A stretch of DNA of 63,785 bases, counting the filler, from Octopus bimaculoides (taxonomy: Eukaryota), in NCBI RefSeq assembly GCF_001194135.2. It is 5 parts of 4 records of this genome, joined end to end, with 100 filler letters (N's around TTAATTAATTAA, not from the genome) between each part and the next. Parts side by side here need not be neighbours in the genome. Positions count along the whole stretch, not along the records: positions 14,894 to 40,179 come from NC_068986.1; 4 more parts are not named here. One strand, 5' to 3'. The notes under the pieces were generated by a model that did no database searches, had not been told where the DNA came from, and worked only from the letters and a program-made list of their open reading frames with translations. The translations under genes were made by a program, and so were the position numbers. Numbering within the stretch: position 1 is the stretch's first letter; the number at the start of each line of letters is the position of its first letter. Of this stretch, positions 22,785-35,022 are shown piece after piece.

Positions 22785-23328
22785 AGGAATTTGTTTGGAT
22801 AACAGGTACTTGATCTATCTCCATCTCTACTCAATATGTCATTGACCTTGCGAGTTTTGGGTTAAACGAAATAAATGGCAATGAATGACACGTAAAACGA
22901 AATGCTGTAGTAGTTTCAGGTCATGTCGAAAATGAAACACATTACACTTAAAACGAAATAAACTAATAAAGAAGTTGTTTGGATAGCAGGTATATGGCCA
23001 AATCCCATCTCTATTCAGTATGTCACTTACTGTGAGAGCTGAGGCTTAAGCGATGAATGGAAATAATGACACGCAAAACGAAACACTGTAGAAGTTTCAG
23101 GTTATGTCGAAAATGAAACACATTGCACGTAAAACGAAATAAACTAATAAAGAAGTTGTTTGGATAGCAGGTATATGGCCAAATCCCATCTCTATTCAGT
23201 ATGTCACTTACTGTGAGAGCTGAGGCTTAAGCGATGAATGGAAATAATGACACGCAAAACGAAACACTGTAGAAGTTTCAGGTTACGTCGAAAATGAAAC
23301 ACATTGCACGTAAAACGAAATAAACTAG
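22785..23328. repeat. 181-bp tandem repeat, about 3 units
   Basis: aaacgaaataaacta recurs at 22951, 23132 and 23313; two units near-identical, the first diverged. Confidence 0.9.
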
Positions 23329-23519
23329 TAGTATAGCTTGTACGACATATTAAACTGTTTCCGCGGAAAACAAAATTAAATGAAATTTGTTTCAGTCACA
23401 GATACATAGAGACAATTACATTATAAGCAACAGATCAAACACGAATATAATGAAAAACAATAGGCAAAAATGCTCGTTCTAAAGTCTCTCTAAGGGATCA
23501 ATGTAGCGTCGTACTGATT

Positions 23520-23845
23520 AGTAATATTCATAACCCCTTTAACATGGCTGTCTGTTCGAATGGGCTCTACTGCGATTTTTTTAAACCCAAGAGGACATCT
23601 CCTCTAGCTGGTTAACGATGCACAGCAGCATCCGATAAATTTGCGATCAGGAGAGCGAACCTCTACCATCTTCTAGCGACAGGACCAGCATACCAGTCCT
23701 GGTTTCGGGCTATTTCTTCCACTCCTCGTCTGCTAGAAATGATAGCAGCTTGCTTCAGCTAGAAGAGATGTCCTCTTGGGGTTAACAAATCGAAATAGAA
23801 TCCGCTCGAATGGACAATCATGTTAAAGTGGTTACGAATATTACT
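23520..23845. mobile_element. Palindromic (foldback) MITE with ~90-bp imperfect TIRs
   Basis: agtaatattc.taacc.ctttaacatg...ccaagaggacatctc.tctagctg on both ends in inverted orientation; further internal inverted segments. Confidence 0.8.
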
Positions 23846-24039
23846 TGTCAATAAAAGACAAACAAACCAAACCAATAATAAAGCAAAAAAAAAAAAAGAC
23901 TCATACTGTATACACCATCAAAAAGAGTCTGTACTCTCCCTATACCCACAAATATAAGAACATAATACAGAAGGCACAGGTTTGTAGGGTGCTGCAGTAG
24001 AATCTTGCATGAAATTACGAAAGAAATGACAATTCATTT

Positions 24040-24475
24040 TCCTACAGGTGCAAAGCGTGAAATTTGTGGGGAGTGGGTGGCGCAGGGGGCTAGTCGATTA
24101 CAATTATCCCTGTACTTGACTAGCACTCATTTCATCGGCTCCGAAACATTGANNNNNNNNNNNNNNNNNNNNNNNNNNNNNNNNNNNNNNNNNNNNNNNN
24201 NNNNNNNNNNNNNNNNNNNNNNNNNNNNNNNNNNNNNNNNNNNNNNNNNNNNNNNNNNNNNNNNNNNNNNNNNNNNNNNNNNNNNNNNNNNNNNNNNNNN
24301 NNNNNNNNNNNNNNNNNNNNNNNNNNNNNNNNNNNNNNNNNNNNNNNNNNNNNNNNNNNNNNNNNNNNNNNNNNNNNNNNNNNNNNNNNNNNNNNNNNNN
24401 NCAGAACGTAAAGACAGACGAAATGCCTCTAAGCATTTCGCCTGGAGTGCTAACGAGTTTGCCAACTAGCCGCCT
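24040..24475 (-). mobile_element. SINE family 2, spanning a gap
   Basis: Head at 24402-24475, core and tail at 24040-24152. Confidence 0.7.
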
Positions 24476-24479
24476 GCAT

Positions 24480-24587
<108 letters not shown>

Positions 24588-24595
24588 AAGAAGAA

Positions 24596-24720
24596 TGTAT
24601 TGAGAAGTACATGGAACAAATAGGGGCTGCAATAAGGGTGGAGCACTTGCCGAAAGCATCACTCCTTGAAACTGCTCGAATACTCCGGAAGGTGTTCGAA
24701 TGTACGTGAATGTTTATAAG
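24596..24720 (+). mobile_element. R4/Dong-like LINE extreme 3' fragment, family C
   Basis: IEKYMEQIGAAIRVEHLPKASLLETARILRKVFE directly after (AAT)n(AAG)n. Confidence 0.65.
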
Positions 24721-24908
24721 TGAAACAGCGTTCTTTCAGTAACGAACGATGATTGATGTCACATCTCAAAAGGCAACCACTAAATAACATTGACGAGTGT
24801 ATTAATTTGATTTACCTTCCATATTTATATATAAAATACAACAATTGGCACGGGGCCAGATAATAGTTACATGTTTCATTTGGCACAAATGGTATAGCTG
24901 AAAGGTAG

Positions 24909-25293
24909 AGGCGCAATAACACAGTAGTTAGGGCAGCGGACAAGCGGTCGTAGGGTCGCGGTATCGATTCCCAGACCGGGCGTTGTGAGTGTTTATTGAG
25001 CAATAACACCTAAAGCCCCACGAGGCTCCGGCAGGGTGTGGTTGGGTGGCAAACCCTGTTGTACCCTTTCACCACAACTTTCTATCACTCTTTCTTCCTG
25101 TTTCCGTTGTACCAGGATTTCGAAGGGCCAGCATTGTCACACTTTGCGTCATGCTGAATATCCCTGAGAACTACATTAAGTGTACACGTGTCTGTGGAGT
25201 GCTCAGTCACTTGCACGTTAATTTCCCTAGCACGCCGTTCCTATGATCGGATCAACTGGAACCCTTGTCGTCGCAACCGACGGAGTGCCACGA
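24909..25293 (+). mobile_element. SINE family 3b
   Basis: tRNA-like head and central domain shared with 3a, but a different tail (gagaactac.ttaag...gatcggatcaactggaaccc...gacggagtgcc). Confidence 0.8.
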
Positions 25294-25879
25294 TAGATGA
25301 AAGGCTATTGCCTAGGCACATTACAAATGCAAAATAAACGTGTGTGAGTTTATAGTGGAAGAAAAATAAATGAAACTGAAATCGTGATTCTAAAACACTA
25401 AAGAGAAGAACCGTTACACTCGTGATGGGAATGAAATCACTAATAGAATTGAAATGCATTGAGACATTAGCTTCATACGTGGTCGAAAATATTATCCATC
25501 TGTTTTCCATTCATTAATATTAGGGATCGAATATCAACTTCCGGTTTTGGAAAGGGAAACTGAGGTGTCGGAGTAGGACATCGTAGGCCCCACTTGTAAC
25601 GAGTTATTTTGAGGAACAAATCATAGGCTGGAACATTTAATGAATAATGAACGACATTTGTTATTCATGCAAAACATGTTCTCTCATAAGGAGGAAATAG
25701 AGCAAATACACCGACAACGCTACATTCTAAATTATCGTAAATTCACATCCACGTATGAAATATCAAATAACGTAGACACCAGTGGTTAAATGCAATGCCG
25801 TTATCCAATGGTTCTCTTCTTTTTTTTTATCGTGTATATGACCCGATAATTAATGTAATAATTAATGTAATAATTAATT

Positions 25880-26392
25880 AATAGTTTCAAATTCTTATTA
25901 CTAAAGGTACACGGTTTGAAATTTCGGGATGTTTCACTGGTACTTATTTTATCAACCCCTAAGGAATGAAAAGCCAAAGAGCAGCAGGATTCGGGCAAGG
26001 GGAAAAGTCAATGACATCGACCTCAGTACTCAACTGGTACTTATTTCATCGATCCCGAAAGGACGAATGGCAAAGTCGATCCCTCTCTGAATTTGAATTT
26101 AGAGCGTAAATGCCGCCAAAAATTTTGCCCGATGTGTTTACGATTCTGCCAGCTCGCTGCCTCAATAATCGTTTCCCTGATTTCAAACTTTGGCACAAGG
26201 CCAGTGATCTCAGAGAGGGGGCAAATCGATTGTATCGACCCCAGTACATGACTGGTACTTATTTCATCGACCCCCGAGAGAATGAAAGGCAAAGTCGACC
26301 TCGGTGGAATTTGAACTCAGAACGTCTCGACGTGCGAAATACCGCTAAGTATTTCGTCCAGCGTGCTGAAGATTCTATCAACTGGCCGCCTT
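25880..26392 (-). mobile_element. SINE family 2 cluster (two tandem copies plus a remnant)
   Basis: Heads end at about 26392 and 26161; ctggtacttattt core occurs three times. Confidence 0.8.
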
Positions 26393-26565
<173 letters not shown>

Positions 26566-26589
26566 TGAAGAACTGAGATCGTTACAATG

Positions 26590-27195
26590 TGACAGCTACG
26601 AGAGCATTGGGTTCAATACCACCCAATCAGGAAAACATCTGAAAACCTTAGAAATAGAAATAAAAAATTTCTAAATCTCTCAGAAAGATTTATGCAGTAA
26701 CAGCACGATAAAGTGATAGTATGTTGTCAACTTAATGTGACAGTCTCATGAAGGAGAAGAATGCTACTGTTATTTAGCCCTAGGAAACACTTTCGTATTG
26801 GACTTGACACATTTCCTGTGTCCTTATGTTTTCAAAGTGGAGACAAGCACCTCCACCCAGCAAAGCCAACATCCAGAGACTAGTTTCAGAGTCATTGCTC
26901 ATTATCAGTCTGGAGTAGCATGGCTTGCTAGCTGTCGATGCCTATCTACATTTGAAAACATATATTTCAAGTGAAATACATCCACTGATTTTTGAAAATA
27001 GTAATGATACATTAGAAATACTCTACAATCTAGATGTATCGTATAAGTCGGCATTACTTGGAACTGCACGCATATTGCGTAAAGTACTGCCTGTCTGAGA
27101 TCCTTGTTGTGACTTGACAAACAGTACATCTTCAGTCAACAACCTCACGATATTGTATACTGTGCGACGTCTATAATAATTATAATAATAATAAT
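26590..27195 (+). mobile_element. R4/Dong-like LINE 3' end, family B, split by a ~355-bp insertion
   Basis: ALGSIPPN..KHLKTLEI (26590-26660), then TLEILYNLDVSYKSALLGTARILRKVLPV* (27008-27098), UTR and (TAA)n tail. Confidence 0.7.
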
Positions 27196-28166
27196 AATGT
27201 TGCTGGTGCTACAACTCCTATTACTACTGCTGCTGCCACTAATGATGATGGTGATGATTTGCGTTTATGTATGCAGCGATGTCTGTGGTTTCCTACATAT
27301 GTCAGAAATTGGAATTATCCAAGAACAATCATCTTTATTTTTCTGAATTCACAACTTTCCGGTTTCAATTATACTTTCAGTTTTCTATTTTTATCTAAAA
27401 CTTCTTCCAAGTACAAACCACAGCAATGTATAAAATGCATTAAAAATACAAAAATATCTTTTCTTTGCTTCAATTAAACGTATGATTAGAAGTGAGAATA
27501 TTTTTTTGTACGAAAAATATGAGCAAATTAACTGTATTTGGTATTTTAACAAAGGTAAAAAGGAACGAAAGAAAAGAAGAGAAAAATGTCATTTTCTGAA
27601 GGTGGTGGTGGCGTGTTGGATTCTGATTTTCACATTTGTATACCGCAAGGCTAATATTTAAAAAAAAAAAGAACAAAAAAAACTTTGTTCTGTGTACAAA
27701 AAGATAGTGTGAAAGTCCTTTAACTGGATATTAACTGAATTAACAAGTATACACAAGCCACTGGCATTCAAGGATGAATTTGAAAATTTCGAAGAATTAT
27801 TTTGATGTTGTTAATGTAGTTGTTATTGATGTTGATATGAAATAAAAATAAGGGGTGGAAAAATCACATAATATGTTTTAAATGGAAATATGTATGATCT
27901 TAACGACGATTACAACTACGTATGCTAGTCATTGCTATTTCTTGTTCTTCTACACGCAGATGTTGTTTACATATAAACCAAACACCTACATCAAATCTGA
28001 TGGTTTCCATTAATATGAAGGGCTTTCGAATGCATTCTTCTATGAAGACAATGCACTCTTGTGTCTTCCAGCAATATGAAGGTTCAAGGAAACAACGAAT
28101 TATCTTACATTCTTTAGCGTCCACCAAAAGACTAAAACAGCAGTTTCGTACAGACCCCAGAATATA

Positions 28167-28520
28167 CAGAGTGATTCAAAAGTCTCCATACATAGGAAAA
28201 AACAATTTTTTAAATAAGAAACAGTTTATAAGATCCCCTAGATCCCTTGACCTGACCCTCTCTTTATTTCTATCTTTGGGGGGCATTTGAAAGCATGGTG
28301 TATCGCGGAAAGATAAAAGACATAAATCATTTGAAGGAACGCATCACCAACTCATTTACACACGTATCACCAGATGTACTGTTACGAGTTCACAATGAGT
28401 GGGGTAAACGTATTGCAATGTGTATTCAAAACAATGGTAACCATATAGAGCCTGTTAGAAAAAAAGAAAAACTGTTCTTATAAACTGTTTCTTATAAAAA
28501 GATAAATTATTCCTATGCAT
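28167..28520 (+). mobile_element. Internally deleted Tc1/mariner element
   Basis: TA|CAGAGTGATTCAAAAGTCTCC terminus followed by PRSLDLT..YFYLWGHLKSMVYRGKIKDINHLKERITN...RIAMCIQNNGNHIE. Confidence 0.75.
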
Positions 28521-30315
28521 ATACTAAGGGACATCTTTGGATACCAGAGATTGCAAAACGAGTAATGCCGAACGGTTAGAAACGTAGCCTTCCCCAATTA
28601 GACCTTGTCAGTCATTCCTCATTCATGTCTGAAGAACAGCGCTGACGCCCCGACCAAAAGACTAATTTTTTCCACGTTTCTTTTCTTTTTTAGTCTAAGT
28701 AGTATTTAATTTTAATTGTTTAATATCTCGCTTTATATATTTGTGTACTGATTTATGATCTTATAATAATATAACTAGGTCCGCATCATTTAAAATGCCC
28801 TTTCACTTTTTAAAGGCATAATTGAGATTTTGACGGAGATTTGGGAGGTATTTTTAGCAGATTTACTGACCAGGTAGAGGTTCTCTAGCTGGCACGTGTT
28901 ATTTGATGTTGTTACTTCAAAATAACATGTATTTAGGATTTGCATTCAAGTTTGAGTTCTTTGATCTTAGATTGATTAAGCCGAGGAGATTATGAAGAGC
29001 TTGGCCAAAGGTGAGTTATCGATCTGTTTCACGTTGATAAGGAGACAGGATATTTATAAGTAAAATTAACTGAGAGATTGGGTAAGTACGCGCGCGCGTG
29101 CGTGTGTGTGTGTGTGCGCAGGCATTAGAGAGCAGGTGGAAACAGAGCCGGAAACAAAGAGAAAAACATAGAAAGAGAATGTGTTGTAAAAGGATAGGCT
29201 TCTACTGAATGGAATTGAGTCACCACTCGTGCCGTTCCTTGATATATGACCAACGTAAAGAAAATAAACGAAATAAAACTCAGCTGAGAATAGATTCCAA
29301 CGTCTCACGGTCACTTCTGTTGTAGGGTGTGTGAGTGTGTGTGTGAGAGAGAATGTCAGTTTGTGTATGTACGAGTCGATATAAACGCAACTACACACAC
29401 TCACACACACACACACACACAAATATATAACCTGAAGATCGAGTGGCATGAAACTCCAGTCACAGTAAAAACCTTCAGTTCCAAACTATGTGTGTGTGTG
29501 GGGGGAGGGTGAACGTATGTGTACACACACACACACACAGACACACACACACACAGACCCACACACACAGACACACACACACAGACACACACACACACAC
29601 ATGCTCATTTTGATACACATGGCACTACAAAACACTTCCTTCATCTGCCGTCGAAGGGACATGTGCAGTTTCAGCACCTTCCGACCGTACCACTCTTTGC
29701 AATGTTGTCAAGCAGCGTTAACGTTACTAAGGAAAGCCCGGGTTATTTCGGCTCAAACTAAAGCACGCTTACTCCGACATCATACATTCAGCCGCCACAC
29801 CAAACGGGGCGTAACTACAGTGTCTCCAACAGCTATTTTCTTTAGTTCAAGTTCACGCTTTCTTCTTTGCTCTCAATTTTGGTTGTTCTTTCCCATACAT
29901 CTCTTCCTCTCATCCTCTCTCTCTCTCTCCCTTTGCATACACATATGTACAAACATATACACAGATACACACACACACACACGTACACACATAAATACAT
30001 ATATTGATGCAGTTGAATATATATATACGCCTACACTTACGTACATTATATCCCATATACACGATGGCGCGAAAGGTGCACACCAATAAAATAATGAATG
30101 CTTTGCAAATAACAGAAAGATGATCGTATCCCTTATATAAACGGTTTTTCTCGTGAATATAATGGTTCATGGTTTCTGCACCACTCTGTGTATGTGGCAG
30201 AGAAAACGAAAGAGCTACAACCGATAGTGTAACCGTTACTTGGAGATCACGATAACTGTCGCTAGATTATAGATGGAAAACCGTTATAAGCCATCAACAC
30301 TACTCCGGGCTTGAT

Positions 30316-30425
30316 CAGCCATTCTCAACCATTTTTGTTTTAACCTATGGACCTCTTTGATTTCTATTTTTACTCGGTGGACCCTCATAGCCATTCGATG
30401 GTTAAAAAAATCCTATTATATTTTT
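30316..30425 (+). mobile_element. Possible hAT-type MITE end, interrupted by a SINE
   Basis: cagccattctcaacc terminus resembles CAGTGGTTCTCAACC hAT ends; the partner end is not clear. Confidence 0.3.
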
Positions 30426-30622
30426 GAGTTGGCGCAATCGTTAGCACGCCGGGCGAAATGCTAAGCGATATTTCGTCCGTCTTCACGCTTTGAGATCAAA
30501 TTCCGCCGATGTCGACTTTGCCTTTCATCATTTCGGGATTGATAAAGTAAGTACCAGTTGAATACTAGGGTCGATGTAATCGACTATCTCCCTCCCTCAA
30601 ATTTCAGCTCTTGTGCCTATAA
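30426..30622 (+). mobile_element. SINE family 2
   Basis: cgttagcacgccgggcgaaatgct...gtcgactttgcctttcatc...ttgtgcctat tail. Confidence 0.85.
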
Positions 30623-30939
30623 TATGATTATGAATTGTATAAAAAATAATTGCTAAAATATTGCAATTAAATTTTAGCAACAAAATCTTATATGGAAACT
30701 GTTTGAAGGTTTTATAAATACACATTGATTCATTGATACAAATTATGGACGTGTGCGTATTGTTAATGTATCTTTGGATATCCGAGTCCCACATATGCAT
30801 GTTCCTGTGGTCTTCAGCGAAAAACGAGTTTTATTCATTTTATGAGCTTTTGTAAAAAATAAAGACAAGAAAATGTGTGAGTACCATTATTAGTAGCAAT
30901 AATAATTATTGTGTTTAGTTCTACAACAGTAGACTTTAG

Positions 30940-31604
30940 GGATCTATTTTAAAACGGGGGCGCCAGTTTTCATTTATGTTTTATGTAGTGTTTTTGGTAC
31001 GGAAAGACTTTCAAACTTCGTATACTTATCTATTTTGTGTTATAGAACAGAAAAATATTTTTGTATTCGAATTTATTTCATGTAAAAAATTGTCTTATTT
31101 CGATAATTTCTACTAATCACTGACGTCTATTCAGTTGAAAACAGTTAGCGCTGTAACGGTGTATATCGTATTAATCTCCTAACCCTAACCGTAACCCTAA
31201 GTAGACTGTTAACCCTAACCCTAACCATAAAACTAACAACCCTAACTCTAGAATCCGAACTCTAAAATTGTTACACACATAGATACGCACAGCGTAATTT
31301 ATTATATAAACAATATATGCGTATAAATTACGATTAAACCGGATGAAATATGTCACAGGGAATAACATTTTTATGACCGCCCAGCAGTAACTCTATTCAG
31401 CTGAATAGACGTCAGTGATTGGTTGAAATTACAGAAATACGACAACTTTAACATGGAATAACTTGCGAATTCCTTTTTTTTTGTTAAGAAGACTAAGAAT
31501 AAAAGATGTTTTATATGACATATTTTACCAGTGTCCCAAGTTTCAAAGTGTTTCGTTAGTGTTTCGTTAAGAAAATACTGGCGCCCCCGTTTTTAAATAG
31601 ATCC
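30940..31604. mobile_element. 665-bp non-autonomous DNA transposon, Merlin-like (GG-start TIR, 8-bp TSD)
   Basis: 28-bp TIR with 1 mismatch (ggatctatttWaaaacgggggcgccagt); gactttag duplicated at 30932-30939 and 31605-31612; internal (CCCTAA)n. Confidence 0.85.
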
Positions 31605-31616
31605 GACTTTAGAGCT

Positions 31617-31690
31617 CTGATTGGCTGCATGCAAATGAGTTCATAACTGGGGTCCGGAACTCCCGTGGGAAAAAAAAAATTTCGCGGCCG
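31617..31690. promoter_or_regulatory. Candidate cis-regulatory motif cluster
   Basis: ATTGG (CCAAT rc) 31620, ATGCAAAT 31629, CGTGGGAA 31664 and TTTCGCGG 31680 in a CpG-retaining patch; motif match only. Confidence 0.3.
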
Positions 31691-32182
31691 GCACTGGCTA
31701 TTGGGAAGTCTGCTACAAGCCACAGGGAAACTTGGCTGTTGCCAGTGCTACTACTGCCGCTACTACCACTGTTCCTCTTAACCTACTAACAGGCCTTCCT
31801 GCTACCACTTTCGTTATCTGGTAACCGCTGTCAACCAACAACAACCAGAAGGAAACGAAACACAGAACCATGTGATCTCTTTCCATAAGTGATACTATGA
31901 ATGATTTATGCAGTTTGATTTATTGCAGTTCATTTTTTTTGTCTTTTATTTGCAGCTGGAAGAAGTCGTCTTAAAGCGACCGAAACGAATAGTAGCTGCT
32001 TGTTTTAAAACGTACGTATTGTCTTTCTGTTTTCTGTTATAAAAGTTCTCTAAGCATTTTCTTCGATTTGTTTTTGTTCTTTTTCTTTTCAATATAAATT
32101 TACGTGGGAAACCTCTTAACCGTTTAAGCGTCAGCACGTGTAAATATGTACACACATACACACACGCGCGCGCGTAAACACG

Positions 32183-32556
32183 TACTCTTTTACTTGTTTC
32201 AGTCACATGACCGCGGCCATGCTGGAACACCGCCTTTTGTCGAACAAATCGACCCCAGAACTTATTCTTTGTAAGCCTAGTATTTATATCCTATCGGTCT
32301 GTTTTGCCGAACCGCTACGTTACGGGGACGTAAACACACCAACATCGGTTGTCAAGCGATGGTAGGGGGGACAAACACAAACACACATACACACATATAC
32401 TTATATACGATGAGCTTCTTTCAGTTTCCGTCTACCAAATCCACTCACAAGGCTTTGGTCGGCCCAAGGCTGTAGCAGAAGACACTTGCTCAAGGTGCCA
32501 CGCAGTGGGACTGAACCCGGAACCATGTGGTTGAGAAGCAGGCTACTTACCACACG
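32183..32556 (-). mobile_element. SINE family 1, near full length
   Basis: Head, core and tail all match family 1. Confidence 0.9.
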
Positions 32557-32722
32557 CTTAACACNNNNNNNNNNNNNNNNNNNNNNNNNNNNNNNNNNNN
32601 NNNNNNNNNNNNNNNNNNNNNNNNNNNNNNNNNNNNNNNNNNNNNNNNNNNNNNNNNNNNNNNNNNNNNNNNNNNNNNNNNNNNNNNNNNNNNNNNNNNN
32701 NNNNNTATATATATATATATAT

Positions 32723-32906
32723 ATGGGAGAATATACAAAAAATAACAACAGACGAGGACAGGTGGTGTAAATAACAAAAGTATATATTAGTATGACGCTC
32801 GGGAATACGGAAAGTCTTTGACGTTTCGAGCTACGCTCTTCAACAGAAAGAGTACGGAGACAAGGAGAAAAACACGGAGAAAAAAAATTGAATAGTGTTC
32901 AGTCAA
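32723..32906 (-). mobile_element. PLE-type terminal repeat, family A
   Basis: Nearly identical to 37470-37653; contains an HHR; end abuts (TA)n. Confidence 0.75.
32815..32851 (-). ncRNA. Minimal type I hammerhead ribozyme, CUGUUGA core variant
   Basis: ucuuu-CUGUUGA-A-GAGC-gua-GCUC-GAAAC-GUC-aaaga: 5-bp stem I, 4-bp stem II, loopless palindromic stem III. Confidence 0.65.
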
Positions 32907-33281
32907 AGGATGTGCTTATCTGAGCGCGTGCATGTGTATCTGTGAGTAGGTGTATGTGTTCATATGTAAATATGTATACACACACACACACAGAGACACA
33001 CACACACACACACACACATATCCACGTATGTCTGTATAATACTCACACACACTGTATATGCAAGTATATGTTCATATATGCTCCATGCATAGACAATAGA
33101 TCTGTTCGTATGTGTGTGTGAAGCACTGTTGATATAATCTCTATGCGCTGCTCAAATTAAATCTGTATATCATAAGGTATTGAGTGCTTTATCAAAGTGA
33201 TCTGTTTTTGTAACTGAGAATAAACGACGTTTGTGTTTGTGTGTTCTTTTTTTGAGGGCGGGTGGATGTGCACTTATCTGT

Positions 33282-33323
<42 letters not shown>

Positions 33324-34196
33324 TAGAAATAAACAGACTGCATGCTGACAGGCCCATTACTTACATTATAGAAGATAATTATAAAGTTATCAATGCTAAC
33401 CATCAAACAACACTCTACGATTCACTACTATCACTANNNNNNNNNNNNNNNNNNNNNNNNNNNNNNNNNNNNNNNNNNNNNNNNNNNNNNNNNNNNNNNN
33501 NNNNNNNNNNNNNNNNNNNNNNNNNNNNNNNNNNNNNNNNNNNNNNNNNNNNNNNNNNNNNNNNNNNNNNNNNNNNNNNNNNNNNNNNNNNNNNNNNNNN
33601 NNNNNNNNNNNNNNNNNNNNNNNNNNNNNNNNNNNNNNNNNNNNNNNNNNNNNNNNNNNNNNNNNNNNNNNNNNNNNNNNNNNNNNNNNNNNNNNNNNNN
33701 NNNNNNNNNNNNNNNNNNNNNNNNNNNNNNNNNNNNNNNNNNNNNNNNNNNNNNNNNNNNNNNNNNNNNNNNNNNNNNNNNNNNNNNNNNNNNNNNNNNN
33801 NNNNNNNNNNNNNNNNNNNNNNNNNNNNNNNNNNNNNNNNNNNNNNNNNNNNNNNNNNNNAAATGACAGCAATTTCTCCCTCGTGTCACACTCCGTACTC
33901 TCTCATCAAAGCAAAAAAATGAATAACGTATCTGTTCAGTTCCTTGAAGACATACAAGCAAAATGATGGATGGTCACGGCTATCAAGCCTTTGATCATTG
34001 ATCGTCTCGATGAGGGTTTGGCCTGGGGTTAAATATCGACGACGTCAATAACTGCTACAAAAAAAAAACAAAAAAAAAATGCAACACCGTCACAAGAACA
34101 AGAATAATCGATACGTCAATTTAATCCCTGATGAGTTACAACAGCAATAACAACAGCATCACGATCATCATCAACACCGCCGCCACCACCACCACC

Positions 34197-34230
<34 letters not shown>

Positions 34231-34339
34231 TCATCAGACTCAGCATCATCACCGATACCACCACCAACGCCACAACCGCAACCATTATCAACATCACCAC
34301 AACAAACACGACCATTACTACACTATTAATAATGGTTTC

Positions 34340-34562
34340 AAATAATGGCACAAAGCCAGCAATCTTGGACGAAGGGGTCAGTCGATTACGTCGACCCCCC
34401 CCCCGTCTCAGTGTTCAACTTGTACTTATTTAATCGACCCCGAACGGATGAAAGACAAAGTCAACCTCGGTGGAATTTGAACTTGGAACATACAAAATGG
34501 ACGAAATGCCGCTAAGCCTTTTTCGTCGGGCGTGCTAACCATTCAGCCAGCTCACCACCTTT
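34340..34562 (-). mobile_element. SINE family 2
   Basis: rc aaggtggtgagctggctgaatggttagcacg...gttcc aagttcaaattcc. Confidence 0.8.
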
Positions 34563-34887
34563 GCTACACTCCGCATGCTACTACCAATACTACACCTTCG
34601 TTACCATTAGCTACAGCTCCACGACCACCTCTACCACCACCAATACAATACAATACCGCTATTGCAGACCCTACTGGTCCCTACTACCCTTTCAATCACA
34701 ACAACTACCACCGCCATCGTATCTATACTTCTACCACTACAACCTCATTGTTACACCGCCTCTACCATCGTTAACGCACCACCTAGTAATTAACCAGCAC
34801 CACTACCACCACCACCTGCACTGCTGCAACCACAAGCATCACCGCCACCACCACAACCACCACCAACACTACAACAACAACAGCAAT

Positions 34888-34925
<38 letters not shown>

Positions 34926-34967
34926 TTGCTACTACTACTACTACTACTACTGCTGCTGCTGCTACTG

Positions 34968-35022
<55 letters not shown>

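Noticed and set aside
22785-23328. CRISPR-like array
   Set aside because: Whole 181-bp units repeat with no unique spacers, and the context is eukaryotic.
27900-28140. Open frames upstream of the Tc1/mariner fragment
   Set aside because: No recognisable motif in any frame.
28575-28645. GAAACGTA followed by CTGAAGA
   Set aside because: No complementary strands for stems I or II.
29620-29900. GC-richer open reading stretch (part of ORF 29490-30089)
   Set aside because: No homology I can recognise and no clear splice sites; cannot be supported as an exon without RNA data.
31179-31248. Interstitial telomere as a chromosome-fusion scar
   Set aside because: The repeats lie inside a TIR/TSD-bounded MITE.
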